Part shown: one piece after another, positions 26,400 through 38,199 of the stretch | How the letters are laid out: each line of letters opens with the position of its first letter | Position numbering within the stretch: the first letter of the stretch is position 1 | Translations under genes and position numbers: made by a program | Origin: Octopus bimaculoides | Lineage: Eukaryota | Assembly: GCF_001194135.2 (NCBI RefSeq) | Contig: NC_068990.1 | Span: 25,392,287-25,456,286 of the forward strand | Direction of reading: 5' to 3' | Length of the DNA stretch: 64,000 nucleotides | Notes under the pieces: generated by a model | Seen by the model: only the letters and a program-made list of their open reading frames with translations | Database searches by the model: none | What the model was told of the DNA's origin: nothing

Positions 26400-26960
26400 T
26401 TAATCTGCAAAATCTTTACCAATCACGACTTCACGTGGAATAGGCCCCGACAACAAATTCATCTCTTGGCGCGCTTCCTTCTGATCCTATCAATCAATAT
26501 AAATGCAACATACCATGACCAGTAGACAGAGAGCTCTGGAATGCAGCACGGAGAGCATTGAGAGACACAGCTGCTTAGCATTTAGTATGTGAAACAGCAA
26601 AGAGAGGACATCAGACTGGACACAGGAGACAGTAACAAAGCAGCAGTGCTGACAATACTAAGCCAATGAACGATCGCTGACCGCAAGACAATGACCAGTA
26701 GCCAACCTCTTGGGTGCTGCTTTAACCCCATCAACCCAAGAACAATTATCTCCAAACCTTCTCAACATTCTATCGTTCATAATTACGACAGTATTTGTTT
26801 GTTTTTTTTGTGTACGAAAAGAATTTTTAAAAAAATTGTTTATCAAAAATCGCAGCAAATTTCGTCGTCGTCTTCGCACAAGATATTCACGCCAACAGGG
26901 AAGCTGACCTCTGACAGTACATACTTTTTTGTCCGTCTCAAACAAACAATATCCGGTCTG
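26400..26960. promoter_or_regulatory. Candidate promoter/first exon, orientation unresolved
   Basis: Non-repetitive CpG-retaining stretch with CCAAT (26419), CACGTG (26432), tataaat (~26498); + donor TTA|GTATGT at 26585; - donor ATG|GTATGT at 26514/26513; lies near the CpG-decay boundary. Confidence 0.3.
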
Positions 26961-27859
26961 TTATGATTACACACGATAGAAGTTTTGATGGGAATGTTCC
27001 ACCATTATCCCTTGTTTGTTCGTAATGTATGTATGTATATACATGTTAATGCATGCCTCTCCGTGTGTGTGTAGGTGTAGGTGTATAAAATTACAGCACA
27101 TGTTTATCCAATGAAGTCATTTGGGAGTTACTACACATGTTTAACGAGACAAAGCAATAAGAGAACCTGCACGTAGTCGAAGAACATGCGAGAAATAACA
27201 GTTCGTAATCTCTCTCGAACGATGTCCACCGACAAAAAAAAATGGGAGCAACATTAGATAATGTTTCCCAGCGTTTTCCTAAAAAGACACGTTCGTCTCA
27301 GCTGGAATACTTTTAATCATATGTTTATCCGATCAGAGTTGAATAAACCTGTGGTTAAACAACAACTAAAAAGGAAAAAATAAATAAATAAATAACTGCA
27401 GCATCCCCCGCCAACGGCAGCAACACCACCAGCAGCAGTAAGTTCATTGAAATGTTGTTCTGATAGAATGAACGCTTAATGAAAGGCGATTTAGTTGCTT
27501 GCGATGACTCGTAGGTATAATCTGAAATTATCCAATCAAAAAGGCGTATTTTCTTACATAGCAACACAGAGCGTCATCACCACACCTCTCTGGTAATCTC
27601 TTAAAGTTCAGTTTGTTTACATTAGTGTTTGCTCATCGTCACGGTGAGAAAATGGATTCTGTAACTGTATATGTTTAGTCAGAAATAACAACTAGATATG
27701 TCGCACATTAAAAGGAAATGGAGATTTGTGGACGGGGTTTCCTGTTGTAAATGTGCGGTGTGTAATTGTTTGTTTGTAAATGTATGTATATATGTGTACA
27801 CCCCCACCAACACACACACACACACGTACGTTCGTATGCATGCTTGTGTGTGTGTGTGT

Positions 27860-28090
27860 GTAGAGCCGTTTTAACGATGCGTCCTGCCCAACTCTTCGAA
27901 ACGCCGGTGTTAAAACGGGGGTAGCTGATGAAGGAAAATGTTCTCTATGTGGCTTGTGTGTTTTCTGTACTCTGGTTATTATTATTTTCTTGTCTACGTT
28001 TTGTTTGCAACGTCCTGTACCCAGATATGCACCTATATATACAGGTAGACGTAGGTATGCACATACCTGTACGTATATATGCATATACTC
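27860..28090 (+). mobile_element. Unclassified interspersed repeat; second copy at ~54690-54850 on the - strand
   Basis: aatgttctctatgtggcttgtgtgttttct...gtcctgtacccagatatgca...ggtatgcacatacctgtacgtatatatgcatatactcattta shared as reverse complement. Confidence 0.7.
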
Positions 28091-29244
28091 ATTTATTATT
28101 TGTTTATATNNNNNNNNNNNNNNNNNNNNNNNNNNNNNNNNNNNNNNNNNNNNNNNNNNNNNNNNNNNNNNNNNNNNNNNNNNNNNNNNNNNNNNNNNNN
28201 NNNNNNNNNNNNNNNNNNNNNNNNNNNNNNNNNNNNNNNNNNNNNNNNNNNNNNNNNNNNNNNNNNNNNNNNNNNNNNNNNNNNNNNNNNNNNNNNNNNN
28301 NNNNNNNNNNNNNNNNNNNNNNNNNNNNNNNNNNNNNNNNNNNNNNNNNNNNNNNNNNNNNNNNNNNNNNNNNNNNNNNNNNNNNNNNNNNNNNNNNNNN
28401 NNNNNNNNNNNNNNNNNNNNNNNNNNNNNNNNNNNNNNNNNNNNNNNNNNNNNNNNNNNNNNNNNNNNNNNNNNNNNNNNNNNNNNNNNNNNNNNNNNNN
28501 NNNNNNNNNNNNNNNNNNNNNNNNATATATATATATATACAAACACACACACGTGTGTGTGTGTGTGTGTATATAAATTACTACGGGGTGTATATACACA
28601 ACTGAATGCACGGGACAAATGTAAACAAATGTCTATACAATCTGAGCGACAGAAAAATAATGGCGAAATGATAAATGCTTCAATGAAGACTCTAATAATG
28701 ACTATACACAATTTCCGCATGAACAGAAGACAAGCAGCTACGCGATCACTGACGAACTCTTCTAAAGAACACCGAAACCAGTTAGATCAATCCTCGCTTT
28801 CTTTCCCTTGAAGTGATTGCATAGGCATTTATTTACATTTTTCTGATGTGTTCAATCACACATGCGACGCCAAATATGGCATCTACTACATAATTAATAA
28901 AAAGTTAAATAAATTAGTTGAATGATTGTTTTGAGTTTGCCGCCCTTCGGTGGGGTTTTAGCTTATCCCAGTTTGTGAAGAATGTAATGGGACTTGGAAT
29001 AGAAAACTTATCTTTGAGTTGCACATTAGCCCGTCGATGACTTAATCCCCAGCTGGTTTTACTAGTGGCACTAGTTTTCAGCTGAAGTAAAGTGAAATGA
29101 AGTACCTTGCTCAAGAACACAAATATGGTGCATCAATAGACACACACAAAATATTAACATTAACTGATATATACATACACACACGTTTTTCAATTCGAAT
29201 GTATTTATCCAGTACAAGTTACGGACACACAAGGAGTGCAGCGG

Positions 29245-30210
29245 AATGGTAGGAAGCTTACCAGATAAAGTAGTGTCTATATGTGGAAGATGCACAGGAG
29301 CCATAAAGACTACAGATACACGGTAGACTGGTTTCCTCTAATCTCCTACAGGCTCTCTGGAAGTAGTAATTTCTTCTACTTAGGTGACCTAGTTAGCAGT
29401 GGAGGAGGAGGAGGTACCGAAAGTGTAATTGCTACAATAAGAATAGGATGGAGAAAGTTCAGAGAGCTTTCACCACTGTTGGCAACCAAAAGTTCCCCCC
29501 CTCTCTCTCTCTCTGAATGAAAGAAATATTGTATGATGCATGCATACGAACTGTAATGCTACATAGTAGTGAGACGTGGGCCCTGAATCCAGAGGATATG
29601 TGAAGACTAGAGAGGAACGAGGCGGGTACGCTCTGTTGGATGTGCAATGTCAGTGTATATGTGCGACAGAACGCTAGTGTACTGAAAGAAAAGGTAGGCA
29701 TAAGAGGAATTATATGCCAAGAGAGGAGACTGCACTAGATTGGTAATGTGAAGCGGATAGAGGAGGACAGTTACATAAAGAAGGGCAGATCACTTAAAAT
29801 GAATGGAAGTTGTGGAAGAGGGAGACATGGGATGACATGGGACAAAGTATAAAAAATCGATCTCAAAATGTTGAGCATTACAAAGGCGATGACAAAGAAC
29901 TGTGATATATGGTACATTGATGTACTCAAGAAGACTCACCCACCACAACCGAAATGATATCCTAAAACCACACAGTATCACATAGAAAGCACTGGTAATG
30001 GTTTCATGTAAAAAGGACTGGTGATGGTGCCACTTAAAAAGCACCCAGTACGCTTTGTAAAGTGGTTGGCTTTAGGAAGGGCATCCAGTTGTACAAACCA
30101 GCTAAAGTTAAAACAGAATATAGAACCTGGTGCGTCCCCTAGCCTTACCAGCTCCTGCGAAACCGTCCAGGCCATGCTAGTATGGAAAACAGACGTTAAA
30201 TAATGATGAT
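29245..30210 (+). mobile_element. RTE-clade LINE, 5'-truncated and degenerate (RT thumb/C-terminus plus 3' UTR)
   Basis: FFYLGDLVSSGGG..IRIGWRKFREL.PLLATK; YDACIRTVMLHSSETWAL; RRL.W.G.V.R; GRGR...TW; ends gacgttaaataatgatgatg. Confidence 0.9.
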
Positions 30211-31024
30211 GAGTACATAAGTATATGAAATAGCAAATGCGTATGTGTGTGTGTATGCATTTATATACACACAAGTGCATATTGACGCATATAATCATCT
30301 TAAGTAATGAGTAAGACCACCGCGCACGCATACGAAATATGTATCCTACGCTTATACGTGCGTTTCAATTCCTCTTTAACTCTTCTTAGGGATCATATTC
30401 TTGGAATATAGACTTTATGGAAACATGGAAGGCTTGAACAGGTGTGTAGTACATATTCTCACACGCACATATACACACACGATGATATAACAATTTAAAT
30501 TGCATTGCATATCCAATTTTAGAACTCCGTTTGCATCCTTATACATCAATTGAGAAAATTGCAAGAGCTCGTATTATAGTCCAAGTTACCGTTCACTTAG
30601 ACTCCATAATTAAAAAGATCACTTACAATATATAGAAAACATGAAACAAGAGAGTAGTAAATTATTTTAAAAGTCATCTTACAGATACTCCATTAATCCG
30701 TTATATAAGTAAAAACTCATAAGCGAATTGCATTATCAGATCTTCAGAGATTGCCTTACACTTGTAAATTACCTTTAAGAGTTACAATAGACTTTGGACA
30801 GTATTATGGTATCAATGTGACCATAATTACAATCTCTCCTTTCCTCCATATACATGTAATCATACGCAAAGGAGGATTTGTACTCAGTAGTACATGCTAA
30901 CGAAACATCCATCTCTTTTACAGTATCGCTGCTGTTTCTTTCTGGTATCTATTTACAGTTAGTGGAACTAGACAACGTGTAACCAACAATGTTGGAGATA
31001 TGATACGAACTGGCGCCCTTCAGA

Positions 31025-31576
31025 CAGAGCCGTCTTAGCAGAATTGTAGGCCCGCGGGAAAATTAATGTACTCTCTTTTACTTGTTTCAGTCATTTGACT
31101 ACGGCCATGCTGGAGCACCGCCTTTAGTCGAGTAAATCGATCCCAGGACTTATTCTGTGTAAGCCTAGTACTTATTCTATCGGTCTCTTTCGCCGAACCG
31201 CTAAGTTACGGGGACGTAAACACACCAACATCGGTTGTCAAGCGATGTTGGGGGGGGGGACAAACACAGACACAAACATACACACACATACATATATACG
31301 ACGGGCTTCTTTCAGTTTCCATCTTCCAAATCCACTAACAAGTCTTTGGTCGGCCCAAGGCTATAGTAGAAGACACTTGCCCGAGGTGCCACGCAGTGGG
31401 AATGAACCCGGAACCATGTGGTTGGTAAGCAAGCTTCTTACCACACAGTCACTCGTGCGCCTGTGCTCTATAATATTTATCTATTGACAGCAAGGCAAAG
31501 CATACATAAATCAGAATCGGATCCCTGAGACGTGCGGCCCCTGAGCTCAGTGTGCCCAGCCTTTAAGACAGCACTG
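31025..31576. mobile_element. hAT-type MITE with a nested SINE B
   Basis: TIR cagagccgtctta / taagacagcactg; perfect 8-bp TSD ccttcaga (31017-31024, 31577-31584). Confidence 0.9.
31071..31462 (-). mobile_element. SINE family B, full length, CpG-intact
   Basis: Sense: aggcgcacgagtgactgtgtggtaag...ggttccgggttcattcccactgcgtggcacc..., central domain gtggatttggaagatggaaactgaaagaagcccgtcg, CA/TG tract, tail ending aaacaagtaaaaga. Confidence 0.92.
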
Positions 31577-32207
31577 CCTTCAGAAGCTGTCCGATGAAGT
31601 CATTCACAGAGATTTATTGTTTAATGTAAAGTCATCCCTGACTAAGCAGACAAGCGTTCGAACCATGACTGTCCCATATTTATTTATATCTAGAACGACA
31701 TTTGTGTTTTCTTTTTTCTTAAAGATAGCCGGTCGAGATATCAAGAATTTGACTCCTGTTTCATGTAAGTCAAACGGCCTTATAGAGGCTCCTTAATAGG
31801 CTGATCCATACGCAATGTTTTGGGGTGATCGCTCGCAGAAAGCAGCTGAGAGCTCGACGCAGTTTCAGTCACTAGATAAATATTTACGCCGCTAACATAT
31901 TTGGGAAGGGCTTGAACATCGTACAACCTACGTCATTTCCTTTTAAAGAGGAAGTGTCGTCAGCAAGAAACTAATGTGACATACATGTCTGTGTTTGTGC
32001 ATGCATGTGCACCCGTATGTATGTGCGTGTGTATGTATGTATGTTAGCGCGATTGTTTTTTATTGTCCACGTATGCATGTTTTCATGTGTGGATGCGTGC
32101 ATGCATATGATTTTGTAATTGTGTATGCATGTATGCATATTTTCATGAGTGTGTATGCGTGCACACGCGCGCATATGTCTTCTGAGTATGTGTATTTGCA
32201 CGAGTGT

Positions 32208-32243
<36 letters not shown>

Positions 32244-32607
32244 ATGTAGGATAGAAGAAAAATGAAATCAGTACATCCTGTTGAATTAGATTATCATATA
32301 TTGGATTAATTTTTCCTGGTCGGTGACAGGATCACACGACCGATTAATACTTTATGACATTGTATTAAGGTCAATTATGCTTGGCCTAATAATTTAACCT
32401 CGTCTGATGTATTAATTAAACTGATAATTGTTCAGCGGACCAAAAAAAAAAAATAATAGTCATAACTTCATACATGCGCACTCGCGCGCGCAGTCACGAA
32501 ACATTTGTATGTATACCATGTATATGCGTGTTTCTCTGTTGGTTACTATAATGGAAAATGAATGAGGAAGAGGCTACTAGGATTTATTTATACCTACGTG
32601 TTCATAC

Positions 32608-32656
32608 ACTAATAATAATAATAATAATGATAATAATAATGATAATAATAATAATG

Positions 32657-32718
<62 letters not shown>
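32608..32718. repeat. (TAA)n microsatellite with TGA variants
   Basis: Direct reading. Confidence 0.97.
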
Positions 32719-32719
<1 letters not shown>

Positions 32720-33236
32720 CAAGGCCATGCACTGTTTATCTTGATATGAGATCACCATATCGGTGGAATTTGAACTCAGAATGTAAAGACGGACGAAATG
32801 CCGCTATTTTGCCGTATACATGCATGTATGAGCGTGCACGCGTTTATTTTTATGTCAATATGTACGTATATATGTATGTATGTATGTATATTAAAAAATT
32901 AACATCAAAGTGACGGATTACTCAATGCTTTGTAGTAGAATACATAGTGACTTGGAAGATTTATTTTGCTCACACTTACCAGACAACATGGTGAAGGCGA
33001 GTAAGCAAAAACTTCGAAGTCAGTGTCGAACTTTTATTTGTAAAAATTAATAAATTTACACATATATACTGTTGTGTGCGTGTGTCTGCGTGCGCGCGCG
33101 CGAGAGAGAGAGTGTATGTGTGTACCGACGCGCCTATAGTTCGAATTTACATAAAACAAGACGAAGACAGGTGAGGGAGCAACAAATAGGTGTATTAGTT
33201 TGACGTTCATGTATGTATGTATGTGTGCGTGTGTAT

Positions 33237-33660
33237 ACTAGCAGTAATACCCGTCGTTGCTCGGGTAATTGCTTTTACTGTTTCTTGGGCCGAGAAGCTA
33301 GAAATGTGGGTATAACATAGAGAAGAATAGCTTTACGGAATCCAGGTGACTGCGATGGCACTGAAAAGGCTACAGGTCAGGTGGAACATCCATTTGTCAC
33401 CGTTCCTTTTGACGTTTGAATAGGCGGTATGCCAAAGGAGAATTAAAAGATTCAGTTTGAATGAAGCTAGAAGAATAGCTTACGGAATCCAGGTGACTGT
33501 ACAATGGCACTGAGAAAGCCACAGGTGAAATGGATGACTCATTTGTCACGGTGTTTCTGACATTTGAATAGGCCGTATGCCCAAGGAGAATTGAAAGATT
33601 CAGTTTCGAATCTGAACCAGTGTGAGACTACGACTACAGATTTAGGTTTACTCGTCTTGT
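33237..33660 (+). mobile_element. Helitron/Helentron-like non-autonomous element with a 148-bp tandem duplication
   Basis: 5' actagcagtaatacccgtcgttgctcgggta (subterminal hairpin tacccg/cgggta typical of HINE/DINE-like elements); units 33321-33462 and 33469-33610. Confidence 0.5.
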
Positions 33661-33711
33661 ATGTGTATATTATACAAGAGAAAGACATGTAATAATAATA
33701 ATAATAATAAT

Positions 33712-33763
<52 letters not shown>

Positions 33764-33764
<1 letters not shown>

Positions 33765-34164
33765 GGAGTGGCTATGTGATAAGAAGCTTACTTCCTAACC
33801 ACATGGTTCCAGGTTCAGTCCTACTGCGTTGCACCTTGGGCATGTGTCTTCTACTATAGCCTCGAGCTGACCAAAGCTTGTGAGTGAAATTGGTAGATGG
33901 AAACTGAAAGAAGCCTGTTTTGTATGTGTGTGTGTGTGTGTGAACGTATGTTTGTGTGTCTGTGTCGGTTTTTGTACCCTCGCCATCGCTTGACAACCGA
34001 TGCTGGTGTGTTTATGTCCCCGTGACTTAGCGGTTCGTCCAAGCAGACCGATAGAATAAGTACCAGGCCTACAAAGAATAGGTCCTGGGGTAGATTTCTT
34101 CGACTAAAAACCCTTCAAGGCGGTGCTCCAGCATGGTCGTAGTCAAATGAAACAAATAAAAGAA
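33764..34164 (+). mobile_element. SINE family B, full length
   Basis: ggagtggctatgtgataagaagc...ggttcagtcc... tail aaacaaataaaaga. Confidence 0.9.
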
Positions 34165-34513
34165 TATATGAATATATATATAATAATATGAGATGTTTTG
34201 GTATCCAGAAGACCCAAAGGCTGTTAAGGCTATGTAAGCGCCACAGAAGGACCGCTGTTAAGCTCCCTGTTGAATAATAGCATGAGTGAGAGGTCTAAGG
34301 CAGGTCGTGTGTGAGCGTGTATATGTTAAATGAAATAACATAATAAGGCTAAGGTAATTTGATATTCCTAGGACAGCTGTAAGACCACCTTTGTGTTTAT
34401 AAATGTCCTAGGAATATCAGATTGCCTTGACCTTGTTATCTTATGACCACCTTTCTATTTATAAATGTCCAAGGAACATCAAATTGCCTTTCTCTTGTTA
34501 TCTTATTTTAACA

Positions 34514-34544
<31 letters not shown>

Positions 34545-35339
34545 GCGCACTCACACACACAATTACTAGAGTCGTTATGACTAACCCTCCAGTTAAGCTA
34601 AACACGCTAAATGTAGCGAGAATAAGTTAGGTGAAGGATTAAATTTCACCCACCCACTTTCCACCAAAATAAGTACCATATATCTGATGATCTTCTGGGA
34701 ACTTCTCGGACTAATCGAACCCTTAAGTATGGGATGTGCTCCTCGTGGTCAACTGTCATAGGGGACAAGATTCCTTCAAGATCAAGTTAAGTTGAGGCAG
34801 TGTTTGGAAGTTTGAAATTTAAATCGAACATTTTAAAGAAACTATCCAGAATATACACATTTACTATTTCTTTTTTCTACACATTATACATCGTAAAATT
34901 TCTAGTCATCGGTAGCTATGTATAACGTCATTTCAGCCTTCTTGGGAATCGTTGTAACGGCAAAACTAGATACAAATAAATTAAGCTAAATTAAGCATTT
35001 TATGAAGTTAGACTTTTCATATAGAGAGAAAATAGTTTATAGCTTAAAAGGCATTCGCGATTTTTTTTTTTTTTTTTGGTGGGGGGTTCATCACAGGTCA
35101 TTAATTCTAACAAAGGCAGATTATTGCCTAGACAGATTTACAAGGGGGCGCACAGAGAAACCCAACCCAAATATCCTGGTTGTGAAGCATGCTTTTTATA
35201 TTGCATGGTGAGTCAGACAGGGAGAAGGAGAAAAAGAAAAAGGAAGTATTTACAAAAATATATGTATCTTTATACTTGTTTCAGTTAGTAGACTGCGGCC
35301 ATGCTGGGGCATCATCTTGAAGAATGTTTAGTCGAATGA

Positions 35340-35417
35340 ATCAACTGGGGTCCGGAACTCTCGTGGGAAGAAAAATTTCGCCGTCCGGCGTGCTAACGTT
35401 TCTGCCAGCTCGCCGCC

Positions 35418-35471
<54 letters not shown>

Positions 35472-35670
35472 GTTTCAAATTTTGCCACAAGGGCAGCAGT
35501 TTTGCGGAAGAAGATGGGTCGATGTGATCGACCTCCAGTGTTTCACTGGTACTTATTTTATCGACCCCGAAAGGATAAAAGTTAAAGTCGACCTCTGAAC
35601 TCAGAACGTGCAAACAGACGAAATGTCACTAAGCATTTTGCCCACCATGCTAACGATTCTGCCAGCTCAG
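35340..35670 (-). mobile_element. Two SINE A copies separated by (TAA)n
   Basis: 35340-35417 head, TAA tract 35418-35470, 35471-35670 near full copy with intact atcgaccccgaaagg. Confidence 0.88.
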
Positions 35671-35671
35671 A

Positions 35672-36600
35672 GCAGCACAAAAAAGCTACTAAAGACAGTG
35701 AATAAAGAACAGGTGATGAAGCGCGTAATAGGAAAAATGGACAAGAATGAAATACAAAGAGAGTACGTCAGACAGAATGAAGGGAAACTTCTGGAGAGCC
35801 ACTGAAGACGTATATTGAACAAAATCCTAGGCTTGATTAAAAAAGGGGCATTTAAACAAAGAAACAGAGAGGCTAATAGTAACAGCCCAAGATCAAGCGA
35901 TAAAAACAAATTGAGAAAAAATATATATGGCGAGAATGTGTCAGAAAAATGTAGAGTTTGTTTAACTTGGAATGAGACAGTGGCACACATTGTGACAGAA
36001 TACCCCATGATGGCACAGGAAGAATATAAGAAATGGAGACATGTCTAGATTGTACAAGTTTTACACTGGAAACTGAACCAGAAATGGGGATTTGAAGCTG
36101 GAAACACATGATACAAGCATCGGGTCGAAAGAGTAGTGGAGTCGGAGAAATGTCAGATTTTGTGGAACTTTCCTATTCAAACGGACAAAAAGTTAGAAAA
36201 TAACAGACCGGACATAACAATTATAGATAAGGAAAAGCGAAGTTGCTTTCTGATCAACCCATCATACCCGTTTGATTTCAGGATTGTAAAGAAAGAGGAA
36301 GAAAAAGTCCCTTAAAGTTTGAAATAGGAAGAATTTGGAGCACGAGAATAGTAAAGGTCGTGCCTATAATAATTGGTGTGTTGGGAGCAGTAAGTAAAGA
36401 TATAGACAAATGGCTGAAGGAAATTGGGGCTTCTACAGAAAGTTTGTCTCTTAGGGACAGCAAGGATATCAAGAGGGTTCTAAGCACATGAAAGACTGCT
36501 GAAAACTTGTGGATACCTAAGGTTATAGGTAGTAACCTGCTATCTGCATAAACCCTACCAGGAATAAGACCGAACCTGAGCCAAACCCAAATAATAATAA
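35672..36600 (+). mobile_element. R4/Dong-like non-LTR retrotransposon 3' fragment (CCHC knuckle plus restriction-like endonuclease), degenerate
   Basis: KCRVC..WNETVAHIVTEY..MAQEEYKKWRH; LHWKL..KWG; ILWNFPIQTD...NNRPDITIID; YPFD; KVVPIIIGVLGAV; ends in (TAA)n. Confidence 0.85.
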
Positions 36601-36611
36601 TATAAATAATA

Positions 36612-37012
36612 AAGGCGGCGAGCTGGAGAATCGTTAGCACTCCAGGCGAAATGCTTAGCGCATTTCGTCTGTCTTTATGTTCTGAGTTCAAATTCCGCCG
36701 AGGTTGACTTTGCCTTTCATCCTTTCGGGGTCGATAAATTAAGTACTAGTTGCGTACTGGGGTCGATCTAATCGACTGGCCCCCTCCCACCAAAATTTCG
36801 GACCTTGTGCCTAGAGTAGAAGAAAGAATCGTTAGCATGTTAGCATGTTAGTACTAAGCGTATTTCGTCTGTCTTTATGTTCTGAGTTCAAATACCACCA
36901 AGGTTGACTTTGCCCTTCATTCTTTCGGAGTCAATGAAATAAATACTTGTCAAGTACTAAGGGGGGTCGTTGTAATCGGCTTATCACCTCCCCGAAATTG
37001 CTGGCCTTAAGT
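36612..37012 (+). mobile_element. Two tandem SINE A copies (first is full length and CpG-intact)
   Basis: aaggcggcgagctggagaatcgttagc...gagttcaaattccgccgagg...cctttcggggtcgataaattaagtactag...gtgcctagagtagaa. Confidence 0.92.
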
Positions 37013-37491
37013 AATGAAAATAAAGCCATAAATCTTTAGGCATAAATGACAAGTTATACAATGAATTTTCTTAGAACTAGTCACTTTATTGATGTAAATC
37101 ATAAACGAGAGAGAGAAAGAGAGATAGAGATACCTCACTTATCGTAACTTGCTGAGAGCGAGGTGGACTATGCCTTAATCTTATTGATGAAACACGCACA
37201 CAGACACATATTCATAAAAACTTACATACTCTCATTCATGCGCACTGCTATACACACACGCACAAACACATTCATATATATACACACGTACAAACACTCA
37301 CGTACTTATATACACCAACTTTGAATGACTAAGAACTTCGTTGAGTCATTCAACAGGTATTGCAATGGCTGACACAGGATTAAAATGTCACCTTTGGGGA
37401 ACTTAGTTTATATCCATGTACTTCGAAGCATGCGTATGTAGATGCGTACGTACGTACATACGTAAATAGACGCATGCATGCATACATAGTA

Positions 37492-37706
37492 CAGAGGTGG
37501 GTAAAAGTAGGTATACAGCTGTTTGGCCAAATCTCCAGCCATATAATAAATAACTGAAAAGGCGGAATTATCTTATTATCGAAAGAATTAGTTTAAAAAA
37601 GAACATCGAATCATAGAATTCTTATCCTAAAAAATAGAGAAATGAAAAAAAAACAAAACCATTCCACTCATATTGGGCAACTTAATACTACTTTTGTCCA
37701 CCGTTG
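37492..37706. mobile_element. Possible Tc1/mariner-type MITE
   Basis: ta|cagaggtgggtaaaagtagg vs reverse complement caacggtggacaaaagtagt; degenerate TIR. Confidence 0.4.
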
Positions 37707-38010
37707 CATGTATATACGGAATTCTTAGATGCACACAGACACACACACACGCACGCACGCACGCATGCATGCATGCATATATACTTAAGCATTCTTTTAA
37801 GCTAGCGGGGCCCAATTTCTCTGTAACTCCTGCTGAAGTCAATTTCTTCTAAAAGCAGAGACAAACAGTAGGACACACACAGACAAAAAGAAAGTGAGGG
37901 AGAAAGAAGAGTATCTACATCACTATATAACTGGTACCTTATTTTTGTGACCTAGAAAGAATAGAATGCAAAGTTAATCCTGGTGTGATTTTTAAAAGTT
38001 TTGACAGCTG

Positions 38011-38176
38011 CAGGGTCGACCCTAGGGTTGCTGGTGCCCTGGGCAAGCTGAACTTCGGTGTGTACAAGCTGACGGTCAAGGAAATTTCCTTGTTTTTGTC
38101 ACAGCCTTCTTGGCGCCTCCTAGCACATGGCGCCCCGGATGACTGCCCGAGTTGCCAGTACCTTGAGCCGGCCCTG
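38011..38176. mobile_element. hAT-type MITE, 166 bp
   Basis: TIR cagggtcgaccc / gagccggccctg; perfect 8-bp TSD gacagctg (38003-38010, 38177-38184). Confidence 0.92.
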
Positions 38177-38199
38177 GACAGCTGGCCCGTCTTTTTTAT

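Noticed and set aside
26419-26438. ER stress element (ERSE)
   Set aside because: Spacing does not fit CCAAT-N9-CCACG or ERSE-II
27895-27945. Second hammerhead candidate (cttcgaaacgcc ... ctgatgaagg)
   Set aside because: Boxes are in permuted order without a pairing stem I, and the triplet is GCC; at most a decayed PLE remnant
34684-34725. CTGATGA ... GAAC as a hammerhead
   Set aside because: No convincing stem II or stem I, and the GAAA box is incomplete
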